In this document: piece after piece, positions 63,767-64,000 of the stretch
Position numbering within the stretch: the stretch's first letter is position 1
Layout of the letters: every line of letters begins with the position of its first letter
NCBI GenBank assembly: GCA_000708835.1
Contig: DF237189.1
Span: 66,686-130,685 of the forward strand
Source of the DNA: Klebsormidium nitens
Lineage: Eukaryota; Plantae; Klebsormidiophyceae
DNA: 64,000 nucleotides
Reading direction: 5' to 3'
The notes under the pieces: model-generated
What the model was told of the DNA's origin: nothing
The model's database searches: none
Seen by the model: only the letters and a program-made list of their open reading frames with translations
Translations under genes and position numbers: made by a program

Positions 63767-63901
63767 GTGTCCAAGTGTCCAAGGTATGTGACCAACTTTC
63801 TGTGGTCGTCCATCGCTGACGTCATCCGAGCGCGGGCCTGTGTTGGCTTCACATTTCAGAGCCTGTGCTTGTCTTGGCTTTGCGGTGTCCAAAGTGTCCA
63901 C
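63767..63901 (+). repeat. Third copy of the TGTCCAAGTGTCCAAG / TGACGTCA repeat family
   Basis: GTGTCCAAGTGTCCAAGG...ACCAACTTTC...CATCGCTGACGTCATCCGAGCGCGGGCCTG is almost the reverse complement of 61835-61908. A second degenerate unit ends near 63900. Confidence 0.88.
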
Positions 63902-64000
63902 ATCGGAAAAAGCGGGTCTCGCCGCTCCTATTTAGGATAGGGTGCCGCTCTTAATAACGCTTACCCATCATGTGCCGGATGGCTGCCGGTTATGGTGCCG

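Noticed and set aside
59481-63901. Calling the region a complete Polinton, virophage, giant-virus insertion or polyomavirus large-T homologue
   Set aside because: No capsid, polB, integrase or packaging ATPase is present in the window. The helicase is D5-type and separate from the HPD gene, so large T is only an analogy.

Overview
Eukaryotic nuclear DNA with many short GT-AG introns and genes close to land-plant orthologues. It is probably a streptophyte green alga such as Klebsormidium (inferred from gene content and intron style, not verified). Bases 1-55 kb are mostly housekeeping genes: plastid RPL15, ACD11/GLTP, an ankyrin-BTB protein, a plastid GNAT, a GT25 glycosyltransferase, a SUMO-like protein, a divergent H3/H4 pair, CSA/ERCC8 and RID3/WDR18. 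Two lineage-specific genes lie among them: an 11x C2H2 + RING protein and a possible triple LOTUS/winged-helix protein. The last 9 kb look accessory. They hold an organelle-targeted PD-(D/E)XK-like gene, then a viral/plasmid-type D5 (SF3) helicase gene that appears to carry introns and sits between ~330-370 bp inverted repeats built from iteron-like units, then a zinc-finger/HPD (J-like) gene and a third repeat copy. Other standouts are an 11-copy tandem array of the ACD11 exon-3 splice acceptor and an H3/H4 pair with no Cys or internal Met. Exon models were built by hand from splice signals and reading phase. Homologies are recalled from memory of the families, not from searches.
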